64,000 nt of DNA from a virus (IMGVR_UViG_3300028531_000001:1-64000), one strand, 5' to 3'; counted from the stretch's first letter, positions 9,928 to 19,221 are shown. A program made the numbers and translations. Notes: generated from the letters alone by a model not told the origin.

Positions 9928-10373
9928 TGGCGTCTCCTCAAGTCGTCCCGATCTTCGGCGACCTCGACCGCCACGTCGACGCCATGCGGCTCGACCGCGG
10001 CGAGTTGGCGACGGACCTCATGGACATCGCCGTCGAGGAGATGAAGGCCAGCATGGCCCGCCAGGAGGACCCCGACGGCAACGCCTGGGCCGACCTCAGC
10101 GAGTCCTACGCGAAACAGAAGGCCCGCACCCACCCCGGCCGGCCCATCTCGGAACTCGAAGGGCTGATGTCCAGCGACGACGAGATGAACGGCTTCCGGA
10201 TCGTGGGCGAGGCGTCCGCCAGCCTGACCTACGGCAACTCCCCCGAGGCCAAGGCCGAGGCCGAGTGGTTCCAGGACCCCGCGAACGACAACCAGCCGCC
10301 CCGCGTCTTCTGGGGGCTGACCAAGGAAGCCGTCCGCCGATCCGGCGAGCGGGTCCATCAGGCGTTCGACTGA
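9927..10373 (+). CDS. Virion morphogenesis/tail completion protein (P2 gpS / Mu gpG-like)
   Basis: 'RQEDPDGNAWADLSESYAKQK' and 'PPRVFWGLT' motifs; TGATG coupling to the TMP gene. Confidence 0.65.
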   Translation: MASPQVVPIFGDLDRHVDAMRLDRGELATDLMDIAVEEMKASMARQEDPDGNAWADLSESYAKQKARTHPGRPISELEGLMSSDDEMNGFRIVGEASASLTYGNSPEAKAEAEWFQDPANDNQPPRVFWGLTKEAVRRSGERVHQAFD

Positions 10374-10402
10374 CCAATCAACATCCGGCGAGGTGACGTC
10401 CC

Positions 10403-10840
10403 ATGCCCGCGACGAAGCTCTACATGAACTGGACCGGCGTGACGGTCACCCCGAACGGCGGGTCCGCGATCAACCTGACCGGCGTGACGGACGTGTCGTT
10501 CAACCGGTCGGGCACCAACAAGCCGTTCTTCGGCGACAACCGCCAGCACGCCAGGGCGATCCGCACGACCAACCAGGCCCGATCGGTCTCGATCTCCTGC
10601 GGCGACCTCTCGGCGCTCGACAGCGTGGCGATCGGCACCGTCTGCACCGTGGTCGGCACGCTCAACGACCTGCACAACGGGACCGGAAGCGGGGCGAGGA
10701 CCTACACCGCGATCAACGCCGTGCTCTCGTCCAAGCCCGACGGCAGCTCGAACGACGACTACGCGGGGACGACCTACTCGTTCGACTGCTTCGGCTCCGC
10801 CCTCGACGCCGACCCGATCTCCGTCGTCAACGCCACCTGA
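10403..10840 (+). CDS. Putative tail tube protein
   Basis: 145 aa, Thr/Gly/Ser-rich beta-sandwich pattern; SD GAGGTGA. Confidence 0.55.
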   Translation: MPATKLYMNWTGVTVTPNGGSAINLTGVTDVSFNRSGTNKPFFGDNRQHARAIRTTNQARSVSISCGDLSALDSVAIGTVCTVVGTLNDLHNGTGSGARTYTAINAVLSSKPDGSSNDDYAGTTYSFDCFGSALDADPISVVNAT

Positions 10841-10855
10841 TCGGGAGGCCGGACC

Positions 10856-11248
10856 GTGCCCGACCCAGCGACGATCTTCCCGCCGACGTTCCACGGCCAG
10901 GCGATCTTCGGGACCGCCTGGGTCGTGGCGGCCATGCCCAACCCCAACGACCGCCAGTTCTTCGCCCCGCCCGGCGTCAACGGGATGTTCTCCAAGAACC
11001 TCGGGAGCCGCGGCGGGCGGACCGTGATCCACGCCATGTGGCTCGGCGAGACGCCCGCCGTGATCGCCGCGGCCGAGCAGATCCTGTTCAACTTCTTGCG
11101 GTCGGGCCTCACGTCGGTCTTCACCGACCTGAACGGCTCGGCCTGGCCGCACGTCTGCATCGAAACGTACGTCTCCGAGGACGAGGTCCAGCCAACCAAC
11201 GGCGGCTGGGGCCGGTCGTTCACGGTGACCCTGTTCCACCACGCGTGA
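10856..11248 (+). CDS. Putative distal tail/hub-associated protein
   Basis: 130 aa between the tube and tail-tip genes; SD GGAGG. Confidence 0.4.
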   Translation: MPDPATIFPPTFHGQAIFGTAWVVAAMPNPNDRQFFAPPGVNGMFSKNLGSRGGRTVIHAMWLGETPAVIAAAEQILFNFLRSGLTSVFTDLNGSAWPHVCIETYVSEDEVQPTNGGWGRSFTVTLFHHA

Positions 11249-11255
11249 GGCCCCC

Positions 11256-13481
11256 ATGCCGCTGACGGACCCCTGGATCGCCCGCGACGAGGAGGGATTC
11301 GCCCTGCTGGGGGTCGACGCGGCCCTGCTCCAGGTCTACCGCTACACCCCGCCCGAGCCTCCCCCCGAGGAGCCGGAAGACCCCGAAGACCCGGAAGACC
11401 CGGAAGAACCGGAGGAGCCCGAAGACCCCGAGGAGCCCGGCCCGCCGCCGCCGGTCTTCGAGGAACTGCCGAACGTCCAGTTCCTGGGCTCGTCGATCCA
11501 GGAGGGGAGCGACCCGGGATCGGCGATGTTCGCCTACATCTTCGGCGGAGATTACGGTCCGCAGTCGGTCGCCCAGGCGCTCGACATCTCGTTCGACCTG
11601 CCCGGCACGGTCGACGCCGGGGACCGGCTCGTCGTCTTCGCCACCCGGCCCGACGGCGGGCGCGAGGCGATCTTCGACGGCATCGCCACCGACTTCTCGT
11701 TCGACCTCTCCGGCCAGTCCGAGACCGTCCAGATTGCGGCGGTCGGCATCGCCCGGGCGCTCTGGGACACCCCGATCGGCGGCCGATACCAGCGGGACGC
11801 CTCCGCCCCGACCGACCCCGAGCGGGACGTCCAGACCGACATCCCGGCCCGGTTCAATCCCGAGGGCCTGGCCAACTGCACGCCCGAGAATGGGGAGAGC
11901 TACCCGAGGTTCCTCGACGAGGGGATGGCCGGGACGCCCGACTACGAGGGCCGCCGCTGGGACCTGGCCGGGGCCGCCTGCTACCTCGTCTGGCACCACA
12001 ACAAGGACCAGCCGCAGGTCGAGAATCCGCTGACGGCCGAGTTGGAGGACCTGCTCGTCGCCAAGGTGCCGGCCGGCGAGGAGGACTTCGACCCGTCGGA
12101 CCCGCTGACCTACGAGGCCAAGCCGATCGTGATCCGGGACACCCCGATCACCGGCCGGGACTGGCCCAACGTCCTGTACGAGCTGATCCGCGACTTCGGA
12201 TTCGGGATGCGGTTCCGGCTCTCGACCACCGAGGACGGCAAGCCGCTGACGACCCTCGACGTCTTCGCCCAGCAGGGCGGCCCGGTCAAGGACCTCTGGC
12301 TCCAGCCCGAGGGCTCCGACCTCGACATGGGCTCGACCAACTTCTTCGCCGGCTCGATCGGCCGCGACGTCACCAACGTCGTCAACCGCTGGGAGGTGCT
12401 CGGGGCGCTCGAACGCAAGGAGGCGTCGTTCATCCTCTACCCCGGCTTCCCGTCCGCCTCGGGAGACTCCGCGTCGATCTCGACCCTCGACATCTACGAC
12501 CGCAGCCACGAGAACTTCAACTCCACCGAGGGCCGCCGCAACAAGTACCGGCTCTACGTCCTGGACGAGACCGGCGAGGGCCACTACGAGCCGGGCGAGG
12601 ACGAGAAGCTGACGACCGTCCCGGACCTCAAGGAGGTCTTCGACCCCGAGGACGAGGGCCTTATGGTGGTCCGCCGCCGCAAGCCGATCCGCGAACTGCT
12701 GACCAGGGACGCCAACGGCACGCCGCTGAGGGCCACGCTCTCGATCTCGAAGGACTATTACGGCGACCCCGGCCTCTGGGACGGATCGGGCACCTGGCAG
12801 GAGTGCCAGGGGGGCTGGGTCCTGCTCCAGGACCGCATCGGGATCTGGGTCAGCTGCGAGCACCCCAACGACTGGAAGGTCGGCGAGTGCAAGACCGCCG
12901 GGGCCCCCTACCCGATGGGCGTGGTCAAGGGGGTCGAGGACCAGGCCCAGGTCGGCACGTCGAACTTCGTGCTGCGGCTGACCTGCGTGGCCGAGACCGA
13001 CGTCCGGCTCCGCGGCGTGGCCGAGCCCACCGAGCGGTCGCCGATCTCGCGATCCATCACCCGGACGATCGACGCGGGCGACCGGCTCCGCAAGGAGACG
13101 ATCACCAACTCCAGCGAGTTCTTCGTCGAGGGGTCCGAGGGCGAGACCGAGATCGTGGTCCGGGACGACACCGAGACCGCCGAGTACGAGGCCGCCGCCG
13201 CCCGCAACGCGACCGAGTTGGGGGTCCTGGAGGGGGACGGGATCACGATCCCCTACCTGACGACCCATTACCAGGTCGGCGACCGCATCCGCTCGATCCA
13301 GGGGCGGGGCCTGTCGCTCAGGACCGACAAGGGGACGCTCATCAATCCCGACCTGCCGGTGGTCGTCGCCGTCCAGCACGACGGGGTGTCGCAGACGACG
13401 CAACTCTCGCTCTCCGACGCCGGGACGGCCCGGGTGAACTACGAACGCCGGACCAAGAGGCGCGGCGATGGGCGGATATGA
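11256..13481 (+). CDS. Putative tail tip/baseplate hub protein
   Basis: 741 aa acidic; C-terminal 'IPYLTTHYQVGDRIRSI' typical of hub proteins. Confidence 0.55.
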   Translation: MPLTDPWIARDEEGFALLGVDAALLQVYRYTPPEPPPEEPEDPEDPEDPEEPEEPEDPEEPGPPPPVFEELPNVQFLGSSIQEGSDPGSAMFAYIFGGDYGPQSVAQALDISFDLPGTVDAGDRLVVFATRPDGGREAIFDGIATDFSFDLSGQSETVQIAAVGIARALWDTPIGGRYQRDASAPTDPERDVQTDIPARFNPEGLANCTPENGESYPRFLDEGMAGTPDYEGRRWDLAGAACYLVWHHNKDQPQVENPLTAELEDLLVAKVPAGEEDFDPSDPLTYEAKPIVIRDTPITGRDWPNVLYELIRDFGFGMRFRLSTTEDGKPLTTLDVFAQQGGPVKDLWLQPEGSDLDMGSTNFFAGSIGRDVTNVVNRWEVLGALERKEASFILYPGFPSASGDSASISTLDIYDRSHENFNSTEGRRNKYRLYVLDETGEGHYEPGEDEKLTTVPDLKEVFDPEDEGLMVVRRRKPIRELLTRDANGTPLRATLSISKDYYGDPGLWDGSGTWQECQGGWVLLQDRIGIWVSCEHPNDWKVGECKTAGAPYPMGVVKGVEDQAQVGTSNFVLRLTCVAETDVRLRGVAEPTERSPISRSITRTIDAGDRLRKETITNSSEFFVEGSEGETEIVVRDDTETAEYEAAAARNATELGVLEGDGITIPYLTTHYQVGDRIRSIQGRGLSLRTDKGTLINPDLPVVVAVQHDGVSQTTQLSLSDAGTARVNYERRTKRRGDGRI
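11364..11435 (+). repeat. Eight tandem 9-bp units encoding PE(D/E)
   Basis: ccc gag gag / ccg gaa gac units read directly. Confidence 0.9.
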
Positions 13482-13800
13482 CGACGCGGAGATCCTGCGT
13501 GCCGAACGCCTGGCCGACGCCGACGCGGCCTCCGGGCCGGCCGACGACGCCGGGCTGGGCCGGTCCACGCTCCTGGCACGCACGGTCTCCGACGGATCGT
13601 ACCCGGCGACGGCCAAGGTCTTCTACGCGTGCGAGATCCTGGGCCTATTGGGCACCGAGGCCGAGGGCGCGTCGGGCGTCGTGGCGGCCGTTTCCGGCTC
13701 CAAGGTCTTCGCCCGCAACCTCGGCGGGGGCGTCCCCCCGGCCGGGACCGAGGTGATCATCACGCGCATCCCGCACCGCTGGGTCTTCCAGTATGATTGA
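13468..13800 (+). CDS. Tail-tip adaptor-like protein, paralog of the N-terminus of the next gene
   Basis: Shares EILRA, LGTEAEG, HRWV motifs with 13793..15115. Confidence 0.6.
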   Translation: MGGYDDAEILRAERLADADAASGPADDAGLGRSTLLARTVSDGSYPATAKVFYACEILGLLGTEAEGASGVVAAVSGSKVFARNLGGGVPPAGTEVIITRIPHRWVFQYD

Positions 13801-15115
13801 CGACGACGCCGAGCTGGAGATCCTGCGTGCCGGCCGCTCCGGACTGGTCGACGCCGGGGGCCGACGCCAGCCCCCGGGCGAACTGGGCAATCAGCGGATG
13901 GTCGGCCGGGTGACGACGCCCACGGCCGAGATCGAGGTCAAGAAATACCTCGTCGTGAACCCCGTCCGCATCCTGGGCACCGAGGCCGAGGGCCAGCCCG
14001 GGACGCTCACGGCGGACACGTCGGTCTCGCAGCCGGTCTACCTCGTCGGGCCGGGCAAGCCGGCGCAGGGGGACGACCTGATTTGCGAGCGGCTGACCCA
14101 TCGGTGGGTCGCACGCAAGAAGGGCGGCGGCGGCCGGTTCCTGATCACCGACAGGGACGGGTGCTCGCTGGCGGCCCGGCCGGGCGTGACGGTCACGGTC
14201 AAGAACGCGTCGAATATCACGGTCGCGACGGGCGTGACGAACTTCCTGGGCCAGTACCTGACCCCCGAACTCCCGTCGTCCGGCAATCCCTACACGATCA
14301 CCGCGCCGGGGTACACGTCGGGCAGCCTGACGTGGGAGGAGGCGACGGCGACGGCGAGCATCGTGACCGGGACGACCCCCGTGGAACTCCTGCACCTGTC
14401 GGAGAACACGGCGTATTTCCGGCTCCGGATCAACAACCCCTGCCCCGTCGGGTTCTCCGACCACGAGCGCCTGCCCGGCGCGACGGTCAGGATCGTCGGC
14501 CCGAACGGGTTCGACGAGACCCGCATCACCGATTCGATGGGGATGGCCGATTTCCCCGAGATCCACCGGACCTTCCAGGAACGCGGCGCCGCATTCGACC
14601 TCACGGTGACCCACCCCGACTTCGCGACGTTCGACTTCCCGAGCTATCTCGTCATGGGATGCGAGACGACCGGGCCTCAGAACGAGACGCTGACGATGAA
14701 CCACAATGAGGACCGGTTCTACTCGGGCCGGCTCTCCGCGGGCAACGCCTGCTGGAATCGCCCGATGCCGGCCCAGGTCTCGATCACGATCCTCTTCGAC
14801 GGGTCCGACCCGGTGATGACGAACGCGAGCGGGACGGTCGTCGCGAACCTCACCAGCCTGGGCGGCACCTGGTTCTATTCCTCCGACCCGGTCGACCTCG
14901 GGACGGGGTACACCGCCGTCTACAACTTCGCGCTCATCGGGGATTGCAATTTCGCAACCGCCCAGGCCGGCGTCGGAGTCGACTTCTACAACACGTTCGG
15001 CCTCGACACCAGCTACGGGACCTCCGACATGACGGGCACGACCTGCCCCGGGCCGACGTTCGGTTATTCCGGGGCGGGAACGGGCATCATTTCCGCATCG
15101 GCGGCCAGCCTCTGA
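13793..15115 (+). CDS. Putative receptor-binding/tail protein
   Basis: 440 aa, last large gene of the tail module; Ig/carboxypeptidase-regulatory-like segments ('LPGATVRIVG...ITDSMG'). Confidence 0.55.
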   Translation: MIDDDAELEILRAGRSGLVDAGGRRQPPGELGNQRMVGRVTTPTAEIEVKKYLVVNPVRILGTEAEGQPGTLTADTSVSQPVYLVGPGKPAQGDDLICERLTHRWVARKKGGGGRFLITDRDGCSLAARPGVTVTVKNASNITVATGVTNFLGQYLTPELPSSGNPYTITAPGYTSGSLTWEEATATASIVTGTTPVELLHLSENTAYFRLRINNPCPVGFSDHERLPGATVRIVGPNGFDETRITDSMGMADFPEIHRTFQERGAAFDLTVTHPDFATFDFPSYLVMGCETTGPQNETLTMNHNEDRFYSGRLSAGNACWNRPMPAQVSITILFDGSDPVMTNASGTVVANLTSLGGTWFYSSDPVDLGTGYTAVYNFALIGDCNFATAQAGVGVDFYNTFGLDTSYGTSDMTGTTCPGPTFGYSGAGTGIISASAASL

Positions 15116-15129
15116 TTGGATGGTGCCCC

Positions 15130-15372
15130 TTGGCATGGAGACACGACCTCTCGTCCCGCGAGAATTTCGACCTGCTCTATCCGACCCATCGGGCCGAGGA
15201 CCTGGCCCCCGACCCCGCATTCCTGGCCGCGAAAGACTGCACCACGTTCGTCGTCGACGAGGCGTGCGGGTGCTGCGACCGTCGGTGTCTCAAGGACGGC
15301 CTGCCCGGCAAGATCGTCTGCATGAAGGACTGCCTCGACTGCAAGTCGGCCGAGATTGCAGCCGACCAATGA
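15130..15372 (+). CDS. Small Cys-rich protein (start uncertain: TTG 15130 or ATT 15115)
   Basis: 8 Cys in ~80 aa, GC3-biased codons, ends just before a terminator. Confidence 0.45.
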   Translation: MAWRHDLSSRENFDLLYPTHRAEDLAPDPAFLAAKDCTTFVVDEACGCCDRRCLKDGLPGKIVCMKDCLDCKSAEIAADQ

Positions 15373-15375
15373 AGG

Positions 15376-15415
15376 ACGCCCGCCTCCCGCGATCTGCGAG
15401 GGGCGGGCGTTTTTT
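15376..15415 (+). terminator. Intrinsic terminator ending the tail operon
   Basis: ACGCCCGCC...GGCGGGCGT stem followed by a T tract. Confidence 0.85.
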
Positions 15416-15613
15416 AGCTGGCATTTTGCCTGATGTCAGTCGTCTTTTCGCTCTCGCACCGGGCCGCGGTATTCCGGCCTGCGCAGCGGCCTGACGTCGG
15501 CCTTCTTGGTACCGCTCGGAGCGTAACCAACAGAGCCGGTGGTGAGCGAGACCGTCGCGGAAAACTCCGGCTGAGCAGGTTTTGACACCCTGACATCTTC
15601 TGGAAGAATTACG

Positions 15614-16036
15614 CTACTCTGGCTCATTGGTAGCCTCCGGTGGCTGGATTAGGAACAGGTTTAACCTTCTCTCCAGCAAGAAAGTGCTGCTTGAGAAAAG
15701 TTGTACGCGGTAGGTGCCTGGTTCAGGAAAGACCACTTGGGGGATCTGAATCATTATTGTATGGACTGCGAGCGGATCGGACGACTCAATTTCCAGTTCC
15801 GCCTTAGCTAATGGCGGCAAGGACTCGTCATCATGGACGAGCAAAAGCGTGACGGGAAACGAGCTTCGAGCATCAGTTAGCTCGGCGACAGCAGCCATTA
15901 GCGGATGCATTGCCGGAAACTTGTGAGCGGGGATGTTTTCAAAGCAACCGATAATCGAGACCTTTCCTGTTAGCTGGTCCCGGATAACTTGGTCGCAGAT
16001 GTGGAGTGACAGGATGAACGGCGGCTGGTTTGTCAT
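15614..16036 (-). CDS. DUF6941-like hypothetical protein (moron)
   Basis: 'LHICDQVIRDQLTGKVSIIGCFENI...FP' and 'FPEPGTYRVQL' motifs; AT-richer DNA. Confidence 0.6.
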   Translation of the reverse strand: MTNQPPFILSLHICDQVIRDQLTGKVSIIGCFENIPAHKFPAMHPLMAAVAELTDARSSFPVTLLLVHDDESLPPLAKAELEIESSDPLAVHTIMIQIPQVVFPEPGTYRVQLFSSSTFLLERRLNLFLIQPPEATNEPE

Positions 16037-16313
16037 TTTGTTTCCCGAAGCTTGCTGAGCCTGACTGCTTTGAATATCCGGGAGTGACGTCTGAAACTTT
16101 AGGTTATTCCGAAGCAAGGAGCGAGCCGGCTACGCGGGAGACACCGCCCATCGTATTTTTCTTTCCTCACCCCCCTATAGACACGTGGAAGGAGGGCTTC
16201 TGCATCCCTCAGGGCGCCACCGTGTTATCTATTGCCACCAACGACTTACATCAAATCCGACCCCTCCAGACCGCCACCCCACCCGCTTATGCGTTCGAGG
16301 CTCAGTCGGCCCG

Positions 16314-16919
16314 TCAGGCGAACCTGCGGGCGAGCCCCAAAACCCCGGCCAGCCCCAGGCCGAGCATGGCCAGCGACGCGGGCTCGGGCACGACCTGCGG
16401 GGGCAGCGTGATCGAGAACTGGATGTCGCCGACGAATCGCCGCCCGTCGGACAGCGTCCCCGACCCCTGCGCCAGGCCCTCGACGGTCCCGACCGCCAGG
16501 AATCCCGTGTCGAGCACCGTCGAGGTCGGGTCGAAGGCCGAGAACCAGCCGCTCTCCATGCGGCTCGTGTAGCTGCCGCTGATCCCGACCCCGTCCGGGC
16601 CGCGGTAGACCCTCGCCGAGTTGACCGCCTCGCCCTGGGTCAGGTCGGAGATGGAGAGGAACGCCATTTCGGGGGAGTCGAAGCCGATCTCGATGTACGG
16701 CGGGAACGGGTCCTCCGGGTCGCGGGTCTCGACCTTGAAGGACAGCGTCCCGGACGACGCGGTACTGAGCCTCTCGACCCCGCCGCCGGGGTTGAAGATC
16801 GTGAGGGTGGCGGTGACCTGGGCGTTCTGGACCTGGAACGTCACGGACTCGGCGGACGCGGGCCGGGCGGCGAACGCGGCGGCGAGCACCGCGGCGAGGA
16901 TGGGCAGGCGGGCGGGCAT
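16314..16919 (-). CDS. PEP-CTERM sorting-domain surface protein
   Basis: Signal peptide MPARLPILAAVLAAAFAARPASA; C-terminus VPEPASLAMLGLGLAGVLGLARRFA. Confidence 0.9.
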   Translation of the reverse strand: MPARLPILAAVLAAAFAARPASAESVTFQVQNAQVTATLTIFNPGGGVERLSTASSGTLSFKVETRDPEDPFPPYIEIGFDSPEMAFLSISDLTQGEAVNSARVYRGPDGVGISGSYTSRMESGWFSAFDPTSTVLDTGFLAVGTVEGLAQGSGTLSDGRRFVGDIQFSITLPPQVVPEPASLAMLGLGLAGVLGLARRFA

Positions 16920-17006
16920 CGGGGTTCCTCCTTGGACGGGCTCCGGGCGGGATCTTCCGGGGGACATTCTGTCGTGCTGACACCACCGATTGCAATCACC
17001 CGGCGA

Positions 17007-17042
17007 ACAAAGCGGGGGCCGGCCATCGCGCGCCGGCCCCCG
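17007..17042 (-). terminator. Intrinsic terminator of the leftward antirepressor operon
   Basis: Perfect 11-bp stem CGGGGGCCGGC/GCCGGCCCCCG (17013-17042), then TTTGTT on the minus strand. Confidence 0.7.
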
Positions 17043-17071
17043 TTCCTGCATTGCGGGGTCGATTATGACGG

Positions 17072-17218
17072 TCACAAGTGCTTGCGCCAGGAGAACATCA
17101 GCAGCGAGCCGAGGACGATCACGCCGGCCAGGGCGGCGGGCATGGACAGGTCGATGACCAGGTTCAGTAGGTCCGAGCCTTGATGGCTTGAGACCGCCAG
17201 GGAGATTCCCAGGGACAT
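17072..17218 (-). CDS. Small membrane protein (48 aa)
   Basis: MSLGISLAVSSHQGSDLLNLVIDLSMPAALAGVIVLGSLLMFSWRKHL; one TM plus basic tail (below ORF-track cutoff). Confidence 0.5.
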   Translation of the reverse strand: MSLGISLAVSSHQGSDLLNLVIDLSMPAALAGVIVLGSLLMFSWRKHL

Positions 17219-17462
17219 CGTCAGCAATCCTTCCGCGGTCGTCGGTCCGGGGCCTTCCCTGCGGTGGTGGGTGAGATCGCCCGCACCATCCCGGCCGGGG
17301 GCGACATTCGGTCAGGCGCGGGCCGGGGCCCGTTCCAGTTCGGTCACTTCGGAGTAGTGGCGGACATACCTCGCGGGGCGGTACGGCAGGGCGTCCGGGC
17401 TGAACTCGCGGACGCATTCTCTCAGGATCGAGCGGAGCGGCCTCGGGGCCTCGGGCTCGACC

Positions 17463-17810
17463 TCAGCGGGCCACGGACGAGGGGAACTCGACGACCGGGC
17501 CGCGTGGGGTCGCCCGGAGCGTCGCGACGTGGAGCGTGCCATCGTGGATCTCGTAGTGCCAGGTGTCGGGGGCATCGTCTCGGCCGTCGGGCAGGCTCTG
17601 CGCCGACCAGGCCAACGCCTTCTCCAATGTCAGGTCGGAGCCGATCAGGAGGGTGATCGAGTTGACCTCCCCCTGCTCCACCCCGAGCCGCGTGAACTGC
17701 CGGAACCGCCTGCCGGGGGCCAGCGGCCCGATCAGGTGGACCGCCCCGTGCTCGTAGGGGTCGGGCTCGGGCAGGTCCTCGCAGCGGACGACGAGCGGGA
17801 CTGGGAACAT
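17463..17810 (-). CDS. Hypothetical protein
   Basis: 115 aa, SD GAGGTGA, GC3 bias. Confidence 0.55.
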   Translation of the reverse strand: MFPVPLVVRCEDLPEPDPYEHGAVHLIGPLAPGRRFRQFTRLGVEQGEVNSITLLIGSDLTLEKALAWSAQSLPDGRDDAPDTWHYEIHDGTLHVATLRATPRGPVVEFPSSVAR

Positions 17811-17835
17811 GCGTCACCTCGTCTCGAGGGTTCGG

Positions 17836-18684
17836 TCATCTCAGGCTCAGGACGGCGGGCGACGGCTCGGGCCCCGCGGCGGGCTCGGCCCGGATCAGGT
17901 CGAGCACCGCGGCCTTCCAGCGGATCGGCTGGATCGGCGTCCCGTCGGAGTGGCGTTTGTTGAGGTCCACGTAGACCCCGAAGACCTTGCTGGCCGGCGT
18001 CATCTCCCAGTGCTTGCGGGGCTTGACCTGGAGCCCGGCGGAGGCGAGCCGGAGGTTGACGTCGCGGGGGCCGATCCCGCCGAGCATCGCGCCCAGTTCG
18101 GTCGGCGTGCACAACTTCTCGTTCTCGGGCGACGGCAGGGCGATGGCAAGCTGATCGAGGACGCTAACTCCCCTGCCCTTGCGGTATCCCTTGTCCGCGG
18201 CGAGCAACGCCTGGTTGCCCTCCAGGCCGCACATGCCGACGATCGCCAGGCAGGCGGCGAAGTCGGTCTGCATCGCGGCGTAGTTGACGCCGGCAGGCTG
18301 GACGGGCGGCAGCAGGCCGAAGTGGCGGGCCAGGGCGTCGCGGCACTCGACCTGGAAAAGCTCGAGTTTCGGGCGGATCTCCGGGCCGACCTTACCGACG
18401 TTGATGGTCGCCAGCCACATGGGGACGGAGTTCAGGTCGAGCAGGAATTGTTCCTGCACATGTCCTCTCTCGTCTGGTGTGGGCATAATGCCCATACGAG
18501 CCCACGAAGATGCCCTGAGCTTCTTGAGTTGGGTCGTCAGGTCGATCCCCAGGCTCTCGCAGATCCGGCGGACGGAGACGAGCACCTGCCCTTCCGGGGT
18601 GCGGATCGCTTGCAGTTGGTCGCCGTGGAACTCGATCGTCTCCAGGCGGTTGCGGTCGCTCGGTAGTACGGGGACGCTGGACAT
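17836..18684 (-). CDS. ant: Phage antirepressor (P22 Ant N-terminal domain)
   Basis: 'IEFHGDQL...VSVRRICESLGID...VPMWLATINVGKV.PEIRPKLELFQVEC'. Confidence 0.85.
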   Translation of the reverse strand: MSSVPVLPSDRNRLETIEFHGDQLQAIRTPEGQVLVSVRRICESLGIDLTTQLKKLRASSWARMGIMPTPDERGHVQEQFLLDLNSVPMWLATINVGKVGPEIRPKLELFQVECRDALARHFGLLPPVQPAGVNYAAMQTDFAACLAIVGMCGLEGNQALLAADKGYRKGRGVSVLDQLAIALPSPENEKLCTPTELGAMLGGIGPRDVNLRLASAGLQVKPRKHWEMTPASKVFGVYVDLNKRHSDGTPIQPIRWKAAVLDLIRAEPAAGPEPSPAVLSLR

Positions 18685-18728
18685 TGTCTTCTCCGGCTTG
18701 GATGGGGTGAGGGCTCGGAGGGGCGGGC

Positions 18729-19220
18729 TCAGGCTTCGAAGACGTAGCAGGACTCTTCCGCCAGGCCGAACTCGAACGCCTCGCGGGCGTCGAACATCTC
18801 GATCAGGCGGTACTGCTCGTCGATCTCGTGATTGGCGATCTCGTCCAGCTCGGCCTCGACCTCGGCGCGGGCGTCCATCTCGGCGCGGAGGCGGACGAAC
18901 TCGGCCGGGGCCATCGCTTCGTCGGCGGCGAAGTCGGCGAGCACGTCGCCGCAAGCCGGGTCGGCCTGGATCGCCCGCAGGTGGCGGTGCAGTTCGGCCG
19001 ACTTCCGCGAGAGTTCGTTGGACCGAGCGAGAATCGCCTTGCGTGCGTCGAAGGCGGCATCGCTGTCGTCGCCCCAGGTGGCGTCAATCTGGTCCGAGAG
19101 GGAGAGTTGGATGAGGGCGATGTCGTCGATCCGGTCGAGGATCTCGATCGCGTCGGTGCCGTAGGAGGAGACGGGGATGGAGGCGTGGACGGACCGGGGG
19201 CGGGAGACTACCATGTTCAT
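18729..19220 (-). CDS. Hypothetical acidic helical protein, first gene of leftward operon A
   Basis: 163 aa, GC3 bias, downstream of a sigma70-like promoter. Confidence 0.65.
   Translation of the reverse strand: MNMVVSRPRSVHASIPVSSYGTDAIEILDRIDDIALIQLSLSDQIDATWGDDSDAAFDARKAILARSNELSRKSAELHRHLRAIQADPACGDVLADFAADEAMAPAEFVRLRAEMDARAEVEAELDEIANHEIDEQYRLIEMFDAREAFEFGLAEESCYVFEA
19186..19214 (+). promoter_or_regulatory. Predicted antisense sigma70-type promoter inside the first codons of 18729..19220
   Basis: TGGACG-17 nt-TACCAT. Confidence 0.5.
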
Positions 19221-19221
19221 C

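Noticed and set aside
13793-15115. Diversity-generating retroelement target
   Set aside because: No reverse transcriptase and no adenine-variant template repeat seen in the window
350-15220. Long antisense and alternate-frame ORFs (e.g. 350..2095-, 2413..4998+, 7297..9489-, 11220..13616-)
   Set aside because: Arg/Pro/Gly-rich shadow frames caused by high GC3 in the real genes
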